DNA of 63,506 bases, counting the filler. It is 6 parts of 6 records of this genome, joined end to end, with 100 filler letters (N's around TTAATTAATTAA, not from the genome) between each part and the next. Parts side by side here need not be neighbours in the genome. Positions count along the whole stretch, not along the records: positions 1 to 6,711 come from SRR2962707_1614; positions 6,812 to 15,389 come from SRR2962707_1615; 4 more parts are not named here. One strand, written 5' to 3'. The notes under the pieces were generated by a model. The model worked only from the letters and a program-made list of their open reading frames with translations, did not search any database and was not told where the DNA came from. Shown here one piece after another: positions 1 through 7,637 of this stretch; positions within the stretch are counted from its first letter, which is position 1, and each line of letters opens with the position of its first letter. A program made the position numbers and the translations under genes.

Positions 1-1
1 G

Positions 2-244
2 CGGCGCGGGCTGGAAGCGCGCCCGCATGGGTTCCGCACGTCCCTGCGTACATGGTTGGCTGAAGCGACCGACGCGCCGCACGAAGTGGCCGAAGGGATG
101 CTGGCGCATATCGTAGATGGGGGAGTGGTGCGCGCCTATCGGCGCACGGATTATCTGGAGCAACGCCGCGCGCTGATCGACCGCTGGGCCGACCATGTGA
201 CCGGCGGCGCGGGGCAGGTGGTGAAGTTTGTGGGGGCGGTGTAA
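2..244 (+). CDS. Tyrosine recombinase/integrase (P4-like), C-terminal fragment
   Basis: Frame from nt 2 reads RPHGFRTSLRTW...EGMLAH...VRAYRRTDYLEQRRALIDRWAD, giving the HxxR, H and catalytic Y motifs; 5' end cut by the window. Confidence 0.93.
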   Translation, partial: RRGLEARPHGFRTSLRTWLAEATDAPHEVAEGMLAHIVDGGVVRAYRRTDYLEQRRALIDRWADHVTGGAGQVVKFVGAV

Positions 245-879
245 TGGCAAAAAACAATGCTACCCCTGCGACTTTTGCGACACCTGCGACATCAGACCGG
301 ATGGAATATCGAAACGCTGTGGAGTTGGCTCAGCGGTTTTTAGAGAGCGAAAGGTACGATGAACAAGGGCGCGACCTCTATGTGGGCGATGGAGGGCGTG
401 ACAGAATAATCAAAGAAATTGCGCCGCTGTTCTCGGGCCCGATGTATGCTGGGGGTCTATCAGGTGACGGAAAGGAGGTCATTGATATGTTCGCTGAACT
501 CGACATTTCCGAACAGCTTGGTTTTGACATAATGCGCGAAGTTTTGGCGCAAAGAATTGAAAATGACGATCCTCTTGATGTTGCGGATAAAGTTTTAATC
601 GCGGCCCTGATCCGTGGTGTAGCGAAGCGTCCAAAAGGAAAAGCCGGGGCTAAGAAGAAAGAATACTTTCATTCACGTGTCGTTTGGGCAGTCGCATTGT
701 TAAAGGATGAAGGGCTTACACAAGAAAGTGCGTACGAGGCAGTGGCTGACGCACTTCAGGGTCTTTGGCGTGGAAGTAAGGCCGATACACCAGCCAGTAT
801 AAAGAAAATTTGGCTTGATGGTCGCGGGCTCGTCACAATGGTGCAAAATCCAAATCGATTATTGCGCCAAGACGACTAA
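244..879 (+). CDS. Hypothetical protein, possible C-terminal HTH
   Basis: 211-aa ORF overlapping the integrase stop (TAATG); C-terminal LTQESAYEAVADAL...TPASIKKIW looks helix-turn-helix-like. Confidence 0.7.
   Translation: MAKNNATPATFATPATSDRMEYRNAVELAQRFLESERYDEQGRDLYVGDGGRDRIIKEIAPLFSGPMYAGGLSGDGKEVIDMFAELDISEQLGFDIMREVLAQRIENDDPLDVADKVLIAALIRGVAKRPKGKAGAKKKEYFHSRVVWAVALLKDEGLTQESAYEAVADALQGLWRGSKADTPASIKKIWLDGRGLVTMVQNPNRLLRQDD
258..290 (+). repeat. Four TGC(G/T)AC hexamers at 9-bp period (iteron-like)
   Basis: Copies start at 258, 267, 276 and 285. Confidence 0.7.
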
Positions 880-935
880 GCTTACAAAGCCCTACACCTT
901 TGAACTATCTGTAACAATTCTGGATGGTTCAATAA

Positions 936-1118
936 ATGCAAACCTATCTTACTCTAACCGAACTACGTGCCAAGCTGGGCAACCGCTCACGCAGCGCAAT
1001 TTATCTTGACCTTGCAGCAGGGCGTCTGCCCCAGCCGATAAAGCTTGGCGGGCGTCTCTACTGGCCCGAAGGCGACATTGAAACGCACCTGCGCACAATG
1101 CGCGAAGCGGTGGCTTAG
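936..1118 (+). CDS. alpA: AlpA-family excisionase / transcriptional regulator
   Basis: YLTLTELRAKLGNRSRSAIY...GRLPQPIKLGGRLYWPEGDI is a typical AlpA HTH. Confidence 0.9.
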   Translation: MQTYLTLTELRAKLGNRSRSAIYLDLAAGRLPQPIKLGGRLYWPEGDIETHLRTMREAVA

Positions 1119-1119
1119 T

Positions 1120-1527
1120 ATGAGCTGCACAAATGAAGTGGCCCGGAACCTGCGTCAACAGGAACCGGGCCGGAAATATCGTCATGCGACTGCGGCGGAT
1201 ACTCCGAAAATAGCACAACGCAAAGCCAAGCGCCACAATTCTAGCACGCCCTATCGCGTCACACCAACCGAAGGCGATGCGTTTCGCATTGTCGTTTCGG
1301 GCCGTGACCGTTGGGCGCTCGAAGAACTACGCAAGGCCGGGAACAAGGGCTGCACGCCTATCGACAACCCTGCGCCCCGTTGGAGCGCGTATGTGTTCAA
1401 CCCGCGTGAACTTAGCGTTGAAATCGAAACCATCACCGAACCGCACGAAGGCAACTTTCCGGGGCATCACGGACGCTATGTGCTGCGCTCTGGTGTAGCC
1501 TCTGACTGGAAAGGGGGGGCCGCATGA
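1120..1527 (+). CDS. Winged-helix domain protein of alphaproteobacterial integrative elements
   Basis: ATG at 1120 directly after the alpA stop; GRDRWALEEL..AG..GCTPIDNPAPRWSAYV...IETITEPHEG.FPGHHGRYVL motif. Confidence 0.7.
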   Translation: MSCTNEVARNLRQQEPGRKYRHATAADTPKIAQRKAKRHNSSTPYRVTPTEGDAFRIVVSGRDRWALEELRKAGNKGCTPIDNPAPRWSAYVFNPRELSVEIETITEPHEGNFPGHHGRYVLRSGVASDWKGGAA

Positions 1528-1622
1528 ACAAGATGCAGATCCTCTACCTGCGTTGCCTTCACGGGTTGACCGAAGCGCAGGCGCACGCCCTTGCGGCTTT
1601 GATTTGGGGGGCGGGCGTATGA
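1524..1622 (+). CDS. Small 32-aa protein (not in the ORF track)
   Basis: MNKMQILYLRCLHGLTEAQAHALAALIWGAGV; ATGA overlaps with both the upstream stop (1524-1527) and the primase start (1619-1622). Confidence 0.6.
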   Translation: MNKMQILYLRCLHGLTEAQAHALAALIWGAGV

Positions 1623-2503
1623 CAACTGCACGCGACCTTACACAAGCGCTGGGCGGCAAGTGGCATCGAAGTTACGGGGTGGCACCTTGCCCCGTATGCC
1701 AACCCAGCCGACGCAAGAGCCAAAACGCCTTGACCTTAGCCGATGGCCGAAATGGGCGGGTGGTACTGGATTGTAAGAAAAGCGGCTGCGCCTTTCTCGA
1801 CATTCTGGCGGCAGCGGGGCTTCGCTCGGGGGACTATACGCCCCCGGACGCGGCAACCCTTGCCCAGCGCGAACGGGAACAGAAGGCCGAAGCCGAAAAG
1901 CGGGCGGTACAAGCCAAACGAATTTGGAATGAAGCCCAGCCCATTGCGGGCACGATTGCCGAAACATATTTGCGCGGGCGTTGCATCACTTGTGGTTTAG
2001 GCCAGGATTTGCGCTTTCACCGGCAATGCTGGCACGGGCCGACTGCGAAACGATATCCCGCGTTGGTGGCGGCGGTACGGGGCGCAAACCAACCTGCGGT
2101 GCATCGCACCTATCTGCGCGCCGATGGCTCAGGAAAGGCGAACCTAGAAAGCGCAAAGCTGATGCTGGGTGCCGTGTCTGGTGGCGCGGTGCGACTCACT
2201 GATTGGCCGGGGCCGCTAATTGTGGCTGAAGGTATCGAAACAGCATTGAGCCTTGCCTCTGGTCTTCTGCGCGAACGAGCAACGGTTTGGGCGGCGCTGT
2301 CCACATCCGGCATCCGCAAGCTGCGCCTGCCTGACCAGCCGGGGCGGCTGACCATCGCCCCCGATGGCGACGCGGCGGGCTGTGAAGCTGCAAACGCATT
2401 GGCGGCACGGGCGCACGCGCTGGGCTGGCAAGTCTCACTCTTGCCTGCCCCCGATGGCCGAGACTGGAACGACGTTTTGACTATGAAAGGGGAAGCCGTA
2501 TGA
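1619..2503 (+). CDS. Zn-finger + Toprim-domain primase (DUF7146/Toprim_3-like)
   Basis: CPVC...C..GC Zn-binding N-terminus, AETYLRGR, VHRTYL, and Toprim motifs VAEGIETALS, IAPDGD, DWND; start MTTARDL. Confidence 0.88.
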   Translation: MTTARDLTQALGGKWHRSYGVAPCPVCQPSRRKSQNALTLADGRNGRVVLDCKKSGCAFLDILAAAGLRSGDYTPPDAATLAQREREQKAEAEKRAVQAKRIWNEAQPIAGTIAETYLRGRCITCGLGQDLRFHRQCWHGPTAKRYPALVAAVRGANQPAVHRTYLRADGSGKANLESAKLMLGAVSGGAVRLTDWPGPLIVAEGIETALSLASGLLRERATVWAALSTSGIRKLRLPDQPGRLTIAPDGDAAGCEAANALAARAHALGWQVSLLPAPDGRDWNDVLTMKGEAV

Positions 2504-3999
2504 ACGCGCCCCAACCTATCCAATTCATGCCCGAAGGGCCGCAACCGCTGGTGCGGGAAACTCCTAGCGGCAACGACTATCCCGTTCACGCTCTGGGGCC
2601 GCTGAGCGCGGCTGTGGAGGCGGTGCAAGGCATGACCCAAGCCCCCATTGCAATCCCGGCGCAATCGGCTTTGGCGGTTGCGTCGCTGGCGGTGCAAGGC
2701 TTCGCGGATGTTGAAACGCTGGGCGGCACGCGCCCGACATCGCTGTATGCGCTGACCATCGCCCGAAGCGGCGAACGGAAATCAGCCTGTGACGCGCCCC
2801 TTATGACCGCCTTGCGCGCCCATGAAAGCGACCAATCGAAAGCCCAGCGCGAAGAAATGCAAAGCTGGCGCAACAAGCACGCAGTTTGGGAGGCCAGCCA
2901 CAAAAAAATTGTGGCAGAACTTTCCACCGCAAAAGCGAAAGGGAAAGAAGCGGCTGCGGGCGCTGACCTAGACGCACTCGGGCCGGAACCCGAAGCCCCG
3001 CCTTCAGCGGACCGAACCGTGAGCGAACCGACCTTCGAAGGGCTGACCAAGCTATTTGCACATGGCCAGCCCAGCCTTGGACTTTTCTCGGATGAAGGCG
3101 GGCAATTTCTAGGCGGGCACGCCATGAACTCGGAAAACCGGCAAAAGACGCTGGCCGCTTTTAACGACCTTTGGCAAGGGAACCCGATCCGGCGCACGCG
3201 CTCGGGCGATGGTCATGCGACGCTCTACGGGCGGCGGCTGGCCGTTCACCTTATGGTGCAACCGACCGTGGCGCGGGGCTTCATGGCCGACCCGTTGGCG
3301 GCTGACACGGGCTTTTTGCCCCGCTTCCTGATGTGCGAACCGCCCAGCGCAATCGGAACTCGGATGCAGGCGAACGCGAAGCGCGATGACATGGCGCTTT
3401 CGGCTTTTGCGGGGCGGATGCACTCTATCCTCGGAACGCCCATGCCAATGGACCCGGAAACCCGTGAGCTGCAACCGCGAACGCTGAAACTGACACCAGA
3501 CGCACGCAACCTTCTTGCGGATTTCTCGGATGCAATCGAGGCGGCACAAGCTCCCGGCAGCGACGCGGCGCATATCACCGGCACGGCATCCAAGGCGGCG
3601 GAACAGGCGGCGCGCATTGCCGGGGTGCTGACCCTATGGCATGACCTTGGAGCCGTGAATGTCGAAGCCCAAGATATGGCGGATGCAATCGAACTTGCGC
3701 AATTCTACCTGTCCGAAGCATCACGGCTGGCAGGCGTTGCGCTTGTTTCCTCTGAAATCGACAAGGCGGAAAATCTGCGGCGGTGGCTTCTGGAAAGTTG
3801 GCCAGAAGCGGATGTGCTGGTGCGGGATGTGGTACGGCGCGGGCCGAACCCGCTGCGCGAAAGCCCCAAGGCTCGGGCCGCGCTGGGCATCCTCGAAAAG
3901 CACGGGTGGCTGGTGCCGCTGGAAGCGGGAACCGTTGTGCGGGGTGCCCAGCGGGCGGAAGCATGGCGCATTGTGAGGGGTGTTGGCGATGTGGTTTGA
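2500..3999 (+). CDS. DUF3987/YfjI-family replication protein (P-loop, helicase-like)
   Basis: Walker A-like ARSGERKS, Walker B-like LFSDEGG, TFEGL, DTGFLPRFL; ATGA-coupled to the primase. Confidence 0.88.
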   Translation: MNAPQPIQFMPEGPQPLVRETPSGNDYPVHALGPLSAAVEAVQGMTQAPIAIPAQSALAVASLAVQGFADVETLGGTRPTSLYALTIARSGERKSACDAPLMTALRAHESDQSKAQREEMQSWRNKHAVWEASHKKIVAELSTAKAKGKEAAAGADLDALGPEPEAPPSADRTVSEPTFEGLTKLFAHGQPSLGLFSDEGGQFLGGHAMNSENRQKTLAAFNDLWQGNPIRRTRSGDGHATLYGRRLAVHLMVQPTVARGFMADPLAADTGFLPRFLMCEPPSAIGTRMQANAKRDDMALSAFAGRMHSILGTPMPMDPETRELQPRTLKLTPDARNLLADFSDAIEAAQAPGSDAAHITGTASKAAEQAARIAGVLTLWHDLGAVNVEAQDMADAIELAQFYLSEASRLAGVALVSSEIDKAENLRRWLLESWPEADVLVRDVVRRGPNPLRESPKARAALGILEKHGWLVPLEAGTVVRGAQRAEAWRIVRGVGDVV

Positions 4000-4280
4000 C
4001 GCTCGGGCACGGCTGGCGGAAATCGCAAACCCCCGTGGCCGAAAATCAGTGGTTTGTCGCGGAAGTCGCAGATGTCGCAACGCCCAGCGCGCCCAGAACC
4101 GAACCCCATGGAAGAACCGTCGGGGGGCGGGCTGTGACTTGGACTGGCAAGGTGGTGTCGCTGGATGAATGGCGAAGGTTGACCGCATGGGAACGGCACG
4201 GGCCGAACGGGCGGCTCTGGTGCGGCATCACATCGACTTGGACAAATCAGAAAGGCGACCGACATGACGAAATCACTTGA
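3989..4280 (+). pseudogene. Probably frameshifted small gene downstream of DUF3987
   Basis: ATG 3989 gives MWFDARARLAEIA in one frame; the protein-like C-terminus TWTGKVVSLDEWRRLTAWERHGPNGRLW is in another frame. Confidence 0.5.
4056..4079 (-). repeat. Three GTCGC(A/G) hexamers at 9-bp period (reverse complement of the 258-290 array)
   Basis: Copies start at 4056, 4065 and 4074. Confidence 0.7.
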
Positions 4281-4815
4281 ACCGACATCACACCAGACTC
4301 CGGAACCGGCGCAACGCAAAGCGCCATCGCTCACGGTCTATGAGGATGACAACAACACGATGCAAATCGACATAGAAGGGGACTATTCCCGCATATCGAG
4401 CAATGCAGTTAGCAAGCCTGTCGCGCTGGGCTTGATTGGTCAGATTGCCAGCCTTGGCACGCACGGCAGGCGTGTTGACCAAGACGGTGCCAACTTCGTG
4501 GTTGGTTTCGTGGATGCGATGAAGCCGAAGGACGCAGCCGAAGCCTTGTTGCTGACCCAGATGGCGGCAACGCATCAGGCGACCATGATGCTGGCACGGC
4601 GCTTGAACCATGTGCAGAACATCCCCCAACAGGACGCAGCCGAACGCGCACTGAACAAGCTGGCGCGAAGCTATGCCGCGCAGATGGATACGTTGAAGCG
4701 CTACCGCTCGAAAGGCCAACAGACCGTGCGTGTCGAGCGTGTGACCGTGGAAAGCGGCGGGCAGGCTGTGGTTGGGAATGTCGAGGCCGGGGGGCGGGGC
4801 CGTGAAGAAAAGTGA
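4264..4815 (+). CDS. Hypothetical protein of integrative elements
   Basis: 183 aa with EALLLTQMAATH...KLARSYAAQMDTLKRYRSKGQQTVRVERVTVESGGQAVVGNV. Confidence 0.8.
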   Translation: MTKSLEPTSHQTPEPAQRKAPSLTVYEDDNNTMQIDIEGDYSRISSNAVSKPVALGLIGQIASLGTHGRRVDQDGANFVVGFVDAMKPKDAAEALLLTQMAATHQATMMLARRLNHVQNIPQQDAAERALNKLARSYAAQMDTLKRYRSKGQQTVRVERVTVESGGQAVVGNVEAGGRGREEK

Positions 4816-5077
4816 CGCTAACCCCATGCAAAGCGCTCACGACGCGCCCAGATGCACAGCAATATCAAAACGCACAGGTCAACCATGCAAAGCCCCAGCT
4901 GTTCGCGGTTGGAGCGTTTGCCGGATGCATGGCGCAAAAGGCGGTGCAAAGTCTGGCGCTGCGCATCCGAACTGGCAGCATGGTGCATTTAGTAGCGAAG
5001 CCTTAAAGCTGCGCGCACAAGTCGCTGCATTTGGGAAATCTGCGAAACGGTCAAGAGCGGCGCTCGACAATAATTGA
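4802..5077 (+). CDS. HGGxSTG-like Zn-binding small protein
   Basis: RCTAISKRTGQPCKAPAVRGWSVCRMHGAKGGA...HPNWQHG; start uncertain (GTG 4802 or a slightly later ATG). Confidence 0.75.
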   Translation: MKKSDANPMQSAHDAPRCTAISKRTGQPCKAPAVRGWSVCRMHGAKGGAKSGAAHPNWQHGAFSSEALKLRAQVAAFGKSAKRSRAALDNN

Positions 5078-5214
5078 GGTGCATTCCATTGGTGCAATTC
5101 AGACACGAGCCGCGCAGTTCATAGTCTAAATCCCAAAGCTAATGTCGCTTTTGCAGTGCTTTACGTTCTATATTCATTCAACAGAGAAGATATTGGCGGC
5201 CATCGGAGAAAACT

Positions 5215-5706
5215 ATGTTTGACCAAGCGATTGACAGCATGAAAGCTCGACTGATGACTATCGGATATGAAGGTGCAGACATAGCTGACTTCATCGCTAC
5301 GCTAAAAGCTTCCAAAGTAACAACGCTAATCGACGTGCGGGAATTACCGCTTTCCCGGAAAAAAGGGTTTTCAAAGAATAAACTGCGCGAACAACTTGAA
5401 GCGGTTGGCATCACATATATGCACGTAAAGCAACTTGGAGACCCCAAGCCCGGTCGCGTAGCGGCGCGTTCTGGCAACATGCTTGAGTTTCGCCGGATCT
5501 TTGGTGCCCATATCAAACTGGACGCAACTCGTGACGCTCTCCAAGAAGTTGTGCCTGTGATTGAGGCGGGTGGCGCGTGTCTATTGTGTTTCGAACGTTG
5601 TCATTCAGATTGCCATCGGTCTATCGTTGCGGACGAATTAGCAAAGCTTGCCGATTTTGAGCTTGCGCACATCGGAGTGAACCAGGGCATTGCAAATCAG
5701 CACTGA
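5215..5706 (+). CDS. DUF488-family protein (rhodanese-phosphatase superfamily)
   Basis: TIGYEG, LIDVR.LPLSRKKGFSK, LGDPK and the CLLCFERCHSDCHR signature. Confidence 0.9.
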   Translation: MFDQAIDSMKARLMTIGYEGADIADFIATLKASKVTTLIDVRELPLSRKKGFSKNKLREQLEAVGITYMHVKQLGDPKPGRVAARSGNMLEFRRIFGAHIKLDATRDALQEVVPVIEAGGACLLCFERCHSDCHRSIVADELAKLADFELAHIGVNQGIANQH

Positions 5707-6466
5707 CACGACAACTGGAACTGCAAAAACGATAGTACTCATCAAAGCTGCCCCCATAATTGGGCAGAAGCATGGGGAGACAGTGTGCTGCGCCGGAATA
5801 GACATTTATGGCCAGTGGCACCGCATGTATCCAGTGTCGTTTCGCCTTTTGGAGCATGCTAAACGATTTGGGCGTTGGGACGTTGTCACTTATAGTTGGC
5901 GAATGCCCCGCGACGACGACCGCACTGAGAGTCGGCACGTCAACAGCCAGTCACTGGAAATCGTTGGCTGCATGAAAAAAAATGAACGAACCAACTTCCT
6001 AGACAAACACATCGTTACCAGTCTCAAAGCGGAAGCCGAAGCGGGCCGTTCGCTGGCATTACTGCGCCCAGTGGTGAAAGAGTTTCTCTTTATCCAGAAG
6101 CCCAAAAGTCAAGTCGAAGCTGAACAAAGCAAAATAGACAACTACCACGCCCAAAGCGATATGTTTGCGCCAGCGCCGGGAGTACCTCGCGTCGCCTGTC
6201 CATACGAGTTTAAGTACAAGTACAGTACTGACGACGGCGACCGCACAGGGACATGCCAAGATTGGGAAACAGAAGCTACGTTCTACAACTGGCGCAACGA
6301 ATATGGGGAGCAAGATGCTCTGATTAAAATGAAGGAAGTTTACGGACACACGCTGCCAATGCGCGGCTTATATTTCGCTATGGGTACGCACTCGTTTCAC
6401 CGTGAGACATGGCTTATCAATGGTCTTGTTCAGCTCAGATCAACAAATCAACCGTCACTGTTCTAG
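5690..6466 (+). CDS. Dual-OB-fold-like DUF488 partner protein
   Basis: TTG start overlapping the DUF488 end; ETVCCAGI...WHRMYPV.FR, SLALLRP, CPYEFKYKY, CQDWE, FAMGT motifs. Confidence 0.65.
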   Translation: MQISTDTTTGTAKTIVLIKAAPIIGQKHGETVCCAGIDIYGQWHRMYPVSFRLLEHAKRFGRWDVVTYSWRMPRDDDRTESRHVNSQSLEIVGCMKKNERTNFLDKHIVTSLKAEAEAGRSLALLRPVVKEFLFIQKPKSQVEAEQSKIDNYHAQSDMFAPAPGVPRVACPYEFKYKYSTDDGDRTGTCQDWETEATFYNWRNEYGEQDALIKMKEVYGHTLPMRGLYFAMGTHSFHRETWLINGLVQLRSTNQPSLF

Positions 6467-6711
6467 ACATTCAAATATCCGATATGCTCGTCGAGAGATT
6501 GCTCGAAGGTTTATCGGGGCTGCCTTCCGCGCAAAAGCTGAACGGCTAGGCTCTGGACCTATAAAAGGAACGCGGCTTCAACGGCAGCTTTGACCGAGAG
6601 CAGACACTGGCGAAAAATGCGGCTATGACCGAGTTGCGGGACATCTTTGACTTTAGTCCGCTCCTAGGTGGGTGGCGGTTTCGGCCCATTGCTGCCATCT
6701 ATGCAGACTGC

Positions 6712-6811
6712 NNNNNNNNNNNNNNNNNNNNNNNNNNNNNNNNNNNNNNNNNNNNTTAATTAATTAANNNNNNNNNNNNNNNNNNNNNNNNNNNNNNNNN
6801 NNNNNNNNNNN
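6712..6811. other. Artificial contig spacer
   Basis: N44-TTAATTAATTAA-N44 (stops in all six frames). Confidence 0.99.
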
Positions 6812-7324
6812 CGCCACGCGCATCTTCCAGCCGCCCGACAGCGCCCCCACATCGCCATCCATCATGGCCTGGGAAAACCCCAGCCCGTCGAGCACTTCGC
6901 GCGACCGTCCATCCAGCGCATACCCGTCGAGTTCTTCGAACTGTTCGGTCACCTCGCCATAGCGCGCGATGATCGCATCCATGTCGTCGGCCTTCTCGGG
7001 GTCGCCCATGTCGGCTTCGAGCTGGCGCATCTCGGCGCTGAGCGCCGCCACCGGCCCGGCGCCGTCCATGGTCTCGGCTACGACAGAGCGCCCCGCCATC
7101 TCGCCCACGTCCTGGGAGAAATACCCGATGCTCGTGCCCCGATCGACGGAAACCTGCCCCTCGTCGGGCGCTTCCTCGCCGGTGATCATGCGAAACAGCG
7201 TAGTCTTGCCCGACCCGTTCGGGCCCACCAGCCCGATCTTTTCGCCCTTCTGGAGCGCCGCGGAGGCTTCGATGAAAACGATCTGTTTCCCGTTCTGCTT
7301 GCCGATATTTTCAAGACGGATCAT
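6812..7324 (-). CDS. ABC-F family ATPase, N-terminal part (truncated)
   Basis: Walker A GPNGSGKTT and signature LSGGWKMRVA. Confidence 0.93.
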
Positions 7325-7417
7325 GAGGGCTCTTCCAAAATAGACAAGGCCGCCCCCGTGAGAGCGGCCAGTTCTGCCTGCCGTAAATCATTTTGCGGCG
7401 ATCAGTGCAAGCGCGCG

Positions 7418-7588
7418 CTACAGCGCACCCATCCCGGCAAAGTGCGAGCCGAGGAAATAGGGCCACACGATGATCCCCAAAAGGCCGGTCCAGAAATTGA
7501 GTTCCAGAAAGCCGATGGTGAACAGCCAGCCCACAAACCACAGCATCCCGACACCCGAGTGCTGCTCGATCTTAATGCGTCTATCCAT
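7418..7588 (-). CDS. Small membrane protein (56 aa)
   Basis: MDRRIKIEQHSGVGMLWFVGWLFTIGFLELNFWTGLLGIIVWPYFLG, two hydrophobic segments. Confidence 0.7.
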   Translation of the reverse strand: MDRRIKIEQHSGVGMLWFVGWLFTIGFLELNFWTGLLGIIVWPYFLGSHFAGMGAL

Positions 7589-7637
7589 TTGGAAATCCCC
7601 CGCTGCGACGATGGACTTAAAATGGGAGATTTTAGCG

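Larger units (their letters stand above)
1..6466 (+). mobile_element. Phage-satellite / PICI- or PICMI-like integrative element (alphaproteobacterial), left end truncated
   Basis: Co-oriented P4-type integrase, AlpA, winged-helix protein, Zn-finger/Toprim primase, DUF3987 protein and HGGxSTG-like protein, then AT-richer cargo. No capsid, tail or conjugation genes; att sites not visible. Confidence 0.75.

Noticed and set aside
6756-6767. TTAATTAATTAA palindrome repeated five times in the window
   Set aside because: Artificial linker inside N-runs.
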